Shown here: piece after piece, positions 52,701-64,000 of the stretch
Numbering within the stretch: position 1 is the stretch's first letter
Layout of the letters: each line of letters starts with the position of its first letter
Origin: Eledone cirrhosa
Lineage: Eukaryota
Assembly: GCA_964016885.1 (NCBI GenBank)
Contig: OZ024741.1
Location: 246,202,001-246,266,000, forward strand
Length of the DNA stretch: 64,000 nucleotides
Reading direction: 5' to 3'
Notes under the pieces: model-generated
Told to the model about the DNA's origin: nothing
The model's database searches: none
The model's input: only the letters and a program-made list of their open reading frames with translations
Made by a program: the position numbers and the translations under genes

Positions 52701-55700
52701 TATTATCTTCCCTTGGCTTGCGGGAAATTATCTCCCCTTGGACGGCTGAAAATTATCTCCCCTTGGACGGCTGGAAATTATCTCCCCTTGATTTTTTTTA
52801 CAAATTATCTCCCCCTGATTTTTTTTTACAAATTATCTTCCCCTGATTTTTTTTACAAATTATCTCCCCCTGATTTTTTTTTACAAATTATCTCCCCCTG
52901 ATTTTTTTTACAAATTATCTCCCCCTGATTTTTTTTACAAATTATCTCCCCCTGATTTTTTTTTACAAATTATCTCCCCCTGATTTTTTTACAAATTATC
53001 TCCCCCTGATTTTTTTTACAAATTATCTCCGCCTGATTTTTTAAAATATTATCTCCCCTTGGACGGCTGGAAATTATCTGCCCTTGATTTTCTTTTTACA
53101 AATTAACTTCCACTGATTTTTTTTACAAATTATCTCCACCTGATTTTTTTAAAAATTATCTCCCCTTGGAAGGCTGGAAATTATCTCCCCTTGGCTGGAA
53201 ATTATCTCCCCTTGGACGGCTAGAAATTATCTCTCTTTGGACGGCTGGAAATTATCACCCCTTGAGTTTTTTACAAATTATCTCCCCCTGATTTTTTTTA
53301 CAAATCTCCCAGTGATTTTTAAAAAAAAATTATCTTCCCTTCGCTGGCTGGAAATTATCTCCCCTTGGACGCTGGAAATTATAGCCGCTTGATTTTTTTT
53401 ACAAATTATCTCCCCCTGATTTTTTTTTACAAATTATCTCCCCCTGATTTTTTTTAAAAAATTATCTCCCCTTGGACGGCTGGAAATTATCTCCCCTTGG
53501 ACGGCTGGAAATTATCTCTCCTTGGACGGCTAGAATTTACCTCTCCTTGGACGGCTGAAAATTATCTCCCCTTGGACGGCTGGAAATTATCTCCCCTTGA
53601 TTTTTTTTACAAATTATCTCCCCCTGATTTTTTTTTACAAATTATCTCCCCCTGATTTTTTTTTACAAATTATCTCCCCCTGATTTTTTTTACAAATTAT
53701 CTCCCCCTGATTTTTTTACAAATTATCTCCCCTTGGCTGGCTGGAAATTATCTCCCCTTGGACGGCAGGAAATTATCTCCCCTTGGATGGCTAGATATTA
53801 CCTCCCCTTGGACGGCTGGAAATTATCTCCCCTTGATTTTTTTTACAAATTATCTGCCCCTGATTTTTTTTTACAAATTATCTCCCCCTGATTTTTTTTT
53901 ACAAATTATCTCCCCCTGATTTTTTTTTTAAAATTATCTCCCCTTGGACGGCTGGAAATTATCTCCCCTTGGACGGCTGGAAATTATCTCTCCTTGGACG
54001 GCTAGAATTTACCTCTCCTTGGACGGCTGGAAAATATGTCTCCTTGGACGGCTGGATATTATCTCACCTTGGACGGCTAGAAATTATCTCCCCTTGGACG
54101 GCAGGAAATTATCTCCCCTTGGATGGCTAGATATTACCTCCCCTTGGACGGCTGGAAATTATCTCCCCTTGATTTTTTTTACAAATTATCTGCCCCTGAT
54201 TTTTTTTTACAAATTATCTCCCCCTGATTTTTTTTTACAAATTATCTCCCCCTGATTTTTTTTTTAAAATTATCTCCCCTTGGACGGCTGGAAATTATCT
54301 CCCCTTGGACGGCTAGAAATTACCTCTCCTTGGACGGCTGAAAATTATCTCCCCTTGGACGGCTGGAAATTATCTCCCCTTGATTTTTTTACAAATTATT
54401 TCCGCCTGATTTTTTTTTACAAATTATCTCCCCCTGATTTTTTTTTACAAATTATCTACCCCTGATTTTTTTTTACAAATTATCTCCCCCTGATTTTTTT
54501 TTACAAATTATCTACCCCTGATTTTTTTTACAAATTATCTCCCCCTGATTTTTTTTACAAATTATCTCCCCCTGATTTTTTTTTTTACAAATTATCTCCC
54601 CCTGATTTTTTTACAAATTATCTCCCCCTGATTTTTTTTACAAATTATCTCCGCCGGATTTTTTTAAATATTATCTTCCCTTGGCTGGCGGGAAATTATC
54701 TCCCCTTGGACGGCTGAAAATTATCTCCCCTTGGACGGCTGGAAATTATCTCCCCTTGATTTTTTTTACAAATTATCTCCCCCTGACTTTTTTTTACAAA
54801 TTATCTCCCCCTGATTTTTTTTACAAATTATCTCCCCCTGATTTTTTTACAAATTATCTCCCCTTGGCTGGCTGGAAATTACCTCCCCTTGTAGGCTGGA
54901 ATTTATCTCCCCTTGGACGGCTAGAAATTACCTCTACTTGGACGGCTGGAAAATATGTCTCCTTGGACGGCTGGATATTATCTCCCCTTGGACGGCTGGA
55001 AATTATCTCCCCTTGGACGGCTGGAAATTATCTCCCCTTGATTTTTTTTACAAATTATCTCCCCCTGATTTTTTTACAAATCTCCCAGTGATTTTTAAAA
55101 AAAAATTATCTTCCCTTCGCTGGCTGGAAATTATCTCCCCTTGGACGCTGGAAATTATAGCCCCTTGGAGGGCTGGAAATTATCTTCCCTTGGACGGCTG
55201 GAAATTATCTCCCCTTGATTTTTTTTACAAATTATCTCCCCCTGATTTTTTTTTACAAATTATCTCCCCCTGATTTTTTTTTACAACTTATCTGCGCCTG
55301 ATTTTTTTAAAAAAATTATCTCCCCTTGGACGGCTGGAAATTATCTCCCCTTGGACGGCTGGAAATTATCTCTCCTTGGACGGCTAGAATTTACCTCTCC
55401 TTGGACGGCTGAAAATTATCTCCCCTTGGACGGCTGGAAATTATCTCCCCTTGATTTTTTTTACAAATTATCTCCCCCTGATTTTTTTTTACAAATTATC
55501 TCCCCCTGATTTTTTTTTACAAATTATCTCCCCCTGATTTTTTTTTACAAATTATCTCCCCCTGATTTTTTTTACAAATTATCTCCCCCTGATTTTTTTA
55601 CAAATTATCTCCCCTTGGCTGGCTGGAAATTATCTCCCCTTGGAGGCTGGAACTTATCTCCCCTTGGACGGCTAGAAATTACCTCTCCTTGGACGGCTGA

Positions 55701-58700
55701 AAATTATCTCCCCTTGGACGGCTGGAAATTATCTCCCCTTGATTTTTTTACAAATTATCTCCCCCTGATTTTTTTTTACAAATTATCTCCCCCTGATTTT
55801 TTTTTACAAATTATCTACCCCTGATTTTTTTTACAAATTATCTCCCCCTGATTTTTTTTTACAAATTATCTACCCCTGATTTTTTTTACAAATTATCTCC
55901 CCCCGATTTTTTTTACAAATTATCTCCCCTTGATTTTTTTTTTTACAAATTATCTCCCCCTGATTTTTTTACAAATTATCTCCCCCTGATTTTTTTTACA
56001 AATTATCTCCGCCGGATTTTTTTAAATATTATCTTCCCTTGGCTGGCGGGAAATTATCTCCCCTTGGACGGCTGAAAATTATCTCCCCTTGGACGGCTGG
56101 AAATTATCTCCCCTTGATTTTTTTTAAAAATTATCTCCCCCTGATTTTTTTTTACAAATTATCTCCCCCTGATTTTTTTACAAATTATCTCCCCTTGGCT
56201 GGCTGGAAATTACCTCCCCTTGTAGGCTGGAATTTATCTCCCCTTGGACGGCTAGAAATTACCTCTCCTTGGACGGCTGGAAAATATGTCTCCTTGGACG
56301 GCTGGATATTATCTCCCCTTGGATGGCTGGAAATTATCTCCCCTTGGACGGCTGGAAATTATCTCCCCTTGATTTTTTTTACAAATTATCTCCTCCTGAT
56401 TTTTTTTACAAATCTCCCAATGATTTTTTTAAAAAAATTATCTCCCCTTCGCTGGCTGGAAATTATCTCCCCTTGGACGCTGGAAATTATAGCCCCTTGG
56501 AGGGCTGGAAATTATCTTCCCTTGGACGGCTGGAAATTATCTCCCCTTCATTTTTTTTACAAATTATCTCCCCCTGATTTTTTTTTACAAATTATCTCCC
56601 CCTGATTTTTTTTTACAAATTATCTCCCCCTGATTTTTTATTTACAAATTATCTCCGCCTGATTTTTTTTTAAAAATTACCTCCCCTTGGACGGCTGGAA
56701 ATTATCTCCCCTTGGACGGCTGGAAATTATCTCCCCTTGGACGGCTAGAAATTATCTCTCCTTGGACGGCTGAAAATTATCTCCCCTTGGACGGCTGCAA
56801 ATTATCTCCCCTTGATTTTTTTTACAAATTATCTCCCCCTGATTTTTTTTACAAATTATCTCCCCCTGATTTTTTTTACAAATTATCTACCCCTGATTTT
56901 TTTTACAAATTATCTCCCCCTGATTTTTTTTTACAAATTATCTCCCCCTGATTTTTTTTACAAATTATCTCCGCCTGATTTTTTTAAATATTATCTTCCC
57001 TTGGCTGGCGGGAAATTATCTCCCCTTGGACGGCTGGAAATTATCTGCCCTTGATTTTTTTTACAAATTATCTCCCCCTGATTTTTTTTTTACAAATTAT
57101 CTCCCCCTAATTTTTTTTTACAAATTATCTCCCCCTGATTTTTTTTACAAATTATCTCCCCCCTGATTTTTTTACAAATTATCTCCCCTTGGCTGGCTGG
57201 AAATTATCTCCCCTTGGAGGCTGGAACTTATCTCCCCTTGGACGGCTAGATATTACCTCCCCTTGGACGGCTGGAAATTATCTCCCCTTGGACGGCTGGA
57301 AATTATCTCCCCTTGGATGGCTAGATATTACCTCCCCTTGGACGGCTGGAAATTATCTCCCCTTGATTTTGTTTACAAATTATCTCCCCCTGATTTTTTT
57401 TTACAAATTATCTCCCCCTGATTTTTTTTTACAAATTATCTCCCCCTGATTTTTGTTTACAAATTATCTCCGCCTGATTTTTTTTTTAAAATTATCTCCC
57501 CTTGGACGGCTGGAAATTATCTCCCCTCGGACGGCTAGAAATTACCTCTCCTTGGACGGCTGAAAATTATCTCCCCTTGGACGGCTGGAAATTATCTCCC
57601 CTTGATTTTTTTACAAATTATCTCCCCCTGATTTTTTTTTTACAAATTATCTCCCCCTGATTTTTTTTTAGAAATTATCTACCCCTGATTTGTTTTTACA
57701 AATTATCTCCCCCTGATTTTTTTTTACAAATTATCTACCCCTGATTTTTTTTACAAATTATCTTCCCCTGATTTTTTTTACAAATTATCTCCCCCTGATT
57801 TTTTTTTTACAAATTATCTCCCCCTGATTTTTTTACAAATTATCTCCCCCTGATCTTTTTTACAAATTATCTCCGCCGGATTTTTTTAAATATTATCTTC
57901 CCTTGGCTTGCGGGAAATTATCTCCCCTTGGACGGCTGAAAATTATCTCCCCTTGGACGGCTGGAAATTATCTCCCCTTGATTTTTTTTACAAATTATCT
58001 CCCCCTGATTTTTTTTTACAAATTATCTTCCCCTGATTTTTTTTACAAATTATCTCCCCCTGATTTTTTTTTACAAATTATCTCCCCCTGATTTTTTTTT
58101 ACAAATTATCTCCCCCTGATTTTTTTACAAATTATCTCCCCCTGATTTTTTTTACAAATTATCTCCGCCTGATTTTTTAAAATATTATCTCCCCTTGGAC
58201 GGCTGGAAATTATCTGCCCTTGATTTTCTTTTTACAAATTAACTTCCACTGATTTTTTTTACAAATTATCTCCACCTGATTTTTTTTAAAATTATCTCCC
58301 CTTGGAAGGCTGGAAATTATCTCCCCTTGGCTGGAAATTATCTCCCCTTGGACGGCTAGAAATTATCTCTCTTTGGACGGCTGGAAATTATCACCCCTTG
58401 AGTTTTTTACAAATTATCTCCCCCTGATTTTTTTTACAAATCTCCCAGTGATTTTTAAAAAAAAATTATCTTCCCTTCGCTGGCTGGAAATTATCTCCCC
58501 TTGGACGCTGGAAATTATAGCCGCTTGATTTTTTTTACAAATTATCTCCCCCTGATTTTTTTTTACAAATTATCTCCCCCTGATTTTTTTTAAAAAATTA
58601 TCTCCCCTTGGACGGCTGGAAATTATCTCCCCTTGGACGGCTGGAAATTATCTCTCCTTGGACGGCTAGAATTTACCTCTCCTTGGACGGCTGAAAATTA

Positions 58701-61036
58701 TCTCCCCTTGGACGGCTGGAAATTATCTCCCCTTGATTTTTTTTACAAATTATCTCCCCCTGATTTTTTTTTACAAATTATCTCCCCCTGATTTTTTTTT
58801 ACAAATTATCTCCCCCTGATTTTTTTTACAAATTATCTCCCCCTGATTTTTTTACAAATTATCTCCCCTTGGCTGGCTGGAAATTATCTCCCCTTGGACG
58901 GCAGGAAATTATCTCCCCTTGGATGGCTAGATATTACCTCCCCTTGGACGGCTGGAAATTATCTCCCCTTGATTTTTTTTACAAATTATCTGCCCCTGAT
59001 TTTTTTTTACAAATTATCTCCCCCTGATTTTTTTTTACAAATTATCTCCCCCTGATTTTTTTTTTAAAATTATCTCCCCTTGGACGGCTGGAAATTATCT
59101 CCCCTTGGACGGCTAGAAATTACCTCTCCTTGGACGGCTGAAAATTATCTCCCCTTGGACGGCTGGAAATTATCTCCCCTTGATTTTTTTACAAATTATT
59201 TCCCCCTGATTTTTTTTTACAAATTATCTCCCCCTGATTTTTTTTTACAAATTATCTATCCCTGATTTTTTTTTACAAATTATCTCCCCCTGATTTTTTT
59301 TTACAAATTATCTACCCCTGATTTTTTTTTACAAATTATCTCCCCCTGATTTTTTTTACAAATTATCTCCCCCTGATTTTTTTTTTTACAAATTATCTCC
59401 CCCTGATTTTTTTACAAATTATCTCCCCCTGATTTTTTTTACAAATTATCTCCGCCGGATTTTTTTAAATATTATCTTCCCTTGGCTGGCGGGAAATTAT
59501 CTCCCCTTGGACGGCTGAAAATTATCTCCCCTTGGACGGCTGGAAATTATCTCCCCTTGGAAGGATGGAAATTATCTCCCCTTGTACGGCTGGAAATTAT
59601 CTCCCCTTGGCTGGAAATTATCTCCCCTTGGACGGCTAGAAATTATCTCTCTTTGGACGGCTGGAAATTATCTCCCTTTGATTTTTTTTACAAATTATCT
59701 CCCTCTGATTTTTTTTACAAATCTCCCCCTGATTTTTTTAAAAAAATTATCTCCCCTTCGCTGGCTGGAAATTATCTTCCCTTGGACGGCTGGAAATTAT
59801 CTCCCCTTGATTTTTTTTACAAATTATCTCCGCCTGATTTTTTTTTAAAATTATCTCTCCTTGGACGGCTGGAAATTATCTCCCCTTGATTTTTTTTACA
59901 AATAATCTCCCCCTGATTTTTTTTTACAAATTATCTCCCCCTGATTTTTTTTTACAAATTATCTACCCCTGATTTTTTTTTACAAATTATCTCCCCCTGA
60001 TTTTTTTTACAAATTATCTCCCCCTGATTTTTCTTTTACAAATTATCTCCCCCTGATTTTTTTACAAATTATCTCCCCCTGATTTTTTTTACAAATTGTC
60101 TCTGCCTGATTTTTTTAAATATTATCTTCCCGTGGCTGGCGGGAAATTACCTCCCCTTGGACGGCTGGAAATTATCTGTCCTTGATTTTCTTTTTACAAA
60201 TTATCTTCCACTGATTTTTTTTACAAATTATCTCCACCTGATTTTTTAAAAAATTATCTCCCCTTGGAAGGCTGGAAATTATCTCCCCTTGGCTGGAAAT
60301 TATCTCCCCTTGGACGGCTAGAAATTATCTCTCTTTGGACGGCTGGAAATTATCACCCCTTGAGTTTTTTACAAATTATCTCCCCCTGATTTTTTTTACA
60401 AATCTCCCAGTGATTTTTAAAAAAAAATTATCTCCCCTTCGCTGGCTGGAAATTATCTCCCCTTGGACGCTGGAAATTATAGCCCCTTGGAGGGCTGGAA
60501 ATTATCTTCCCTTGGACGGCTGGAAATTATCTCCCCTTGATTTTTTTTACAAATTATCTCCCCCTGATTTTTTTTTACAAATTATCTTCCCCTGATTTTT
60601 TTTTACAACTTATCTGCGCCTGATTTTTTTAAAAAAATTATCTCCCCTCGGACGGCTGGAAATTATCTCTCCTTGGACGGCTAGAATTTACCTCTCCTTG
60701 GACGGCTGAAAATTATCTCCCCTTGGACGGCTGGAAATTATCTCCCCTTGATTTTTTTTACAAATTATCTACCCCTGATTTTTTTTACAAATTATCTCCC
60801 CCTGATTTTTTTTACAAATTATCTCCCCCTGATTTTTTTTTTACAAATTATCTCCCCCTGATTTTTTTACAAATTATCTCCCCCTGATTTTTTTTACAAA
60901 TTATCTCCGCCGGATTTTTTTAAATATTATCTTCCCTTGGCTTGCGGGAAATTATCTCCCCTTGGACGGCTGAAAATTATCTCCCCTTGGACGGCTGGAA
61001 ATTATCTCCCCTTGATTTTTTTTACAAATTATCTCC
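38780..61036. repeat. Second HOR register, period about 9,076 bp (second copy expanded by 5,190 bp)
   Basis: 39132/48208 and 40014/49090 = 9,076; 41774/50849 and 43638/52713 = 9,075; 43638/57903 = 14,265 (9,075+5,190); 44844/59080, 46099/60335 and 46701/60937 = 14,236. The left boundary is approximate. Confidence 0.88.
48819..59114. repeat. 5,190 bp tandem duplication (second copy 54 bp shorter)
   Basis: 49090/54280, 49491/54681, 50849/56039, 51999/57189 and 52713/57903 are all offset 5,190. 53944/59080 is offset 5,136 after loss of two B monomers near 58.1 kb. Confidence 0.92.
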
Positions 61037-64000
61037 GCCTGATTTTTTTTAACAAATTATCTCCCCTTGGACTGCTGGAAATTATCTCCCCTTGGACGGC
61101 TGGAAATTATATCTCCTTGGACGGCTAGAATTTACCTCTCCTTGGACGGCTGAAAATTATCTCCCCTTGGACGGCTGGAAATTATCTCCCCTTGATTTTT
61201 TTTACAAATCATCTCCCCCTGATTTTTTTTTACAAATTATCTCCCCCTGATTTTTTTTTACAAATTATCTCCCCCTGATTTTTTTTTACAAATTATCTCC
61301 CCCTGATTTTTTTACAAATTATCTCCCCTTGGCTGGCTGGAAATTATCTCCCCTTGGAGGCTGGAACTTATCTCCCCTTGGACGGCTAGAAATTACCTCT
61401 CCTTGGACGGCTGGAAAATATGTCTCCTTGGACGGCTGGATATTATCTCCCCTTGGACGGCTGGAAATTATCTCCCCTTGGACGGCTGGAAATTATCTCC
61501 CCTTGGATGGCTAGATATTACCTCCCCTTGGACGGCTGGAAATTATCTCCCCTTGATTTTTTTTACAAATTATCTCCCCCTGATTTTTTTTTACAAATTA
61601 TCTCCCCCTGATTTTTTTTTACAAATTATCTCCCCCTGATTTTTGTTTACAAATTATCTCCGCCTGATTTTTTTTTTAAAATTATCTCCCCTTGGACGGC
61701 TGGAAATTATCTCCCCTTGGACGGCTAGAAATTACCTCTCCTTGGACGGCTGAAAATTATCTCCCCTTGGACGGCTGGAAATTATCTCCCCTTGATTTTT
61801 TTACAAATTATCTCCCCCTGATTTTTTTTTTACAAATTATCTCCCCCTGATTTTTTTTTACAAATTATCTACCCCTGATTTTTTTTTACAAATTATCTCC
61901 CCCTGATTTTTTTTTACAAATTATCTACCCCTGATTTTTTTTACAAATTATCTCCCCCTGATTTTTTTTACAAATTATCTCCCCCTGATTTTTTTTTTAC
62001 AAATTATCTCCCCCTGATTTTTTTACAAATTATCTCCCCCTGATTTTTTTTACAAATTATCTCCGCCGGATTTTTTTAAATATTATCTTCCCTTGGCTTG
62101 CGGGAAATTATCTCCCCTTGGACGGCTGAAAATTATCTCCCCTTGGACGGCTGGAAATTATCTCCCCTTGATTTTTTTTACAAATTATCTCCCCCTGATT
62201 TTTTTTTACAAATTATCTCCCCCTGATTTTTTTTACAAATTATCTCCCCCTGATTTTTTTTTACAAATTATCTCCCCCTGATTTTTTTTACAAATTATCT
62301 CCCCCTGATTTTTTTTACAAATTATCTCCCCCTGATTTTTTTTACAAATTATCTCCCCCTGATTTTTTTTACAAATTATCTCCGCCTGATTTTTTTAAAT
62401 ATTATCTTCCCTTGGCTGGCGGGAAATTATCTCCCCTTGGACGGCTGGAAATTATCTGCCCTTGATTTTCTTTTTACAAATTAACTTCCACTGATTTTTT
62501 TTACAAATTATCTCCACCTGATTTTTTAAAAATTATCTCCCCTTGGAAGGCTGGAAATTATCTCCCCTTGGCTGGAAATTATCTCCCCTTGGACGGCTAG
62601 AAATTATCTCTCTTTGGACGGCTGGAAATTATCACCCCTTGAGTTTTTTACAAATTATCTCCCCCTGATTTTTTTTACAAATCTCCCAGTGATTTTTAAA
62701 AAAAAATTATCTTCCCTTCGCTGGCTGGAAATTATCTCCCCTTGGACGCTGGAAATTATAGCCCCTTGGAGGGCTGGAAATTATCTTCCCTTGGACGGCT
62801 GGAAATTATCTCCCCTTGATTTTTTTTACAAATTATCTCCCCCTGATTTTTTTTTACAAATTATCTCCCCCTGATTTTTTTTTACAACTTATCTGCGCCT
62901 GATTTTTTTAAAAAAATTATCTCCCCTTGGACGGCTGGAAATTATCTCTCCTTGGACGGCTGGAAATTATCTCTCCTTGGACGGCTAGAATTTACCTCTC
63001 CTTGGACGGCTGAAAATTATCTCCCCTTGGACGGCTGGAAATTATCTCCCCTTGATTTTTTTTACAAATTATCTCCCCCTGATTTTTTTTTACAAATTAT
63101 CTCCCCCTGATTTTTTTTTACAAATTATCTCCCCCTGATTTTTTTTTACAAATTATCTCCCCCTGATTTTTTTTACAAATTATCTCCCCCTGATTTTTTT
63201 TTACAAATTATCTCCCCCTGATTTTTTTTTACAAATTATGTCCCCCTGATTTTTTTTTACAAATTATCTCCCCCTAATTTTTTTTTACAAATTATCTCCC
63301 CCTGATTTTTTTTTACAAATTATCTCCCCCTGATTTTTTTTTACAAATTATCTCCGCCTGATTTTTTTTTAAAAATTACCTCCCCTTGGACGGCTGGAAA
63401 TTATCTCCCCTTGGACGGCTGGAAATTATCTCCCCTTGGACGGCTAGAAATTATCTCTCCTTGGACGGCTGAAAATTATCTCCCCTTGGACGGCTGCAAA
63501 TTATCTCCCCTTGATTTTTTTTACAAATTATCTCCCCCTGATTTTTTTTACAAATTATCTCCCCCTGATTTTTTTTACAAATTATCTACCCCTGATTTTT
63601 TTTACAAATTATCTCCCCCTGATTTTTTTTTACAAATTATCTCCCCCTGATTTTTTTTTACAAATTATCTCCCCCTGATTTTTCTTTTACAAATTATCTC
63701 CCCCTGATTTTTTTACAAAGTATCCCCCCCTGATTTTTTTTACAATCTCCGCCTGATTTTTTTAAAAATTATCTTCCCTTGGCTGGCGGGAAATTATCTC
63801 CCCTTGGACGGCTGGAAATTATCTCCCCTTGGAAGGATGGAAATTATCTCCCCTTGGACGGCTGGAAATTATCTCCCCTTGCACGGCTGGAAATTATCTC
63901 CCATTGGACGGCTAGAAATTATCTCTCTTTGGACGGCTGGAAATTATCTCCCTTTGATTTTTTTTACAAATTATCTCCCTCTGATTTTTTTTACAAATCT
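61037..64000. repeat. Displaced copy of 19,321-22,285 (offset 41,715-41,716 bp)
   Basis: 19613/61329 and 20377/62093 = 41,716; 20899/62614 and 21696/63411 = 41,715. Shared rare markers: TTAACAAATT..GGACTGCTGG, AATCATCTCC, TTATGTCCCC, CAAAGTATCC, CTCCCATTGG. Confidence 0.92.

Larger units (their letters stand above)
1..64000. repeat. Composite two-monomer satellite DNA array (A 25 bp / B about 26-30 bp), running off both window ends
   Basis: The core AAATTATCTCCCC or a close variant recurs every 21-30 bp from start to end, followed either by TTGGACGGCTGG (A) or CTGA-T(7-11)-AC (B). I saw no unique sequence and no inverted segment. Confidence 0.99.

Noticed and set aside
516-63650. Numerous plus-strand ORFs of 61-192 aa (LDGWKLSPLGRLEIISPWTAGNY / DFFYKLSPP repeats)
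   Set aside because: They are translations of a 25 bp unit cycling through three frames. They overlap in different frames, mostly start at TTG, shift frame with T-tract length and show no recognisable domain.
1-64000. CRISPR-like constant repeat plus variable spacer
   Set aside because: The core is only about 13 bp, the intervening sequences fall into two recurring classes of about 12-16 bp rather than unique spacers, and there are no cas genes or leader.
1-64000. Canonical telomerase-made telomere repeat
   Set aside because: It does not match TTAGGG-type or other telomere repeats I know. Two monomer types and kb-scale HORs with inherited variants indicate recombination or replication-based amplification, not templated addition.
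1-64000. Transposon-internal tandem repeat or assignment to a named satellite or species
   Set aside because: No termini, target-site duplications or coding remnants lie in the window, and I cannot support a family or taxon name without a database search.
1-64000. Whole array being a sequencing or assembly artefact
   Set aside because: Copies carry private substitutions, copy-specific indels in whole-monomer units and consistent nested variant sharing, which fits real evolution. Exact copy number still needs read validation.

Overview
The whole 64 kb window is one uninterrupted, single-orientation composite satellite (tandem repeat) array, most likely eukaryotic heterochromatin; the organism and chromosomal position cannot be determined from the sequence. 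It is built from two monomers sharing the core AAATTATCTCCCC: monomer A (25 bp, GGAAATTATCTCCCCTTGGACGGCT, 52% GC) and monomer B (about 26-30 bp, ACAAATTATCTCCCCCTGA+T7-11, about 30% GC). They alternate in runs, roughly 2,400 monomers in total (estimated from length). Above the monomers lies a nested higher-order repeat (HOR) structure, read from offsets between identical ORF-track entries and rare marker variants: 625/629 bp sub-units, an 8,951 bp HOR in two tracts (1-16.26 kb and 25.5-43.76 kb), a 347 bp duplication, an older diverged block (16.26-25.5 kb), a switch to a 9,076 bp period carrying a 5,190 bp duplication, and a 41.7 kb-displaced copy at the window end. I found no credible genes, RNA genes, transposons or CRISPR array, and the ORFs are translation artefacts of the repeat. 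The interest lies in the array's architecture and its reconstructable amplification history; functional ideas are hypotheses only.
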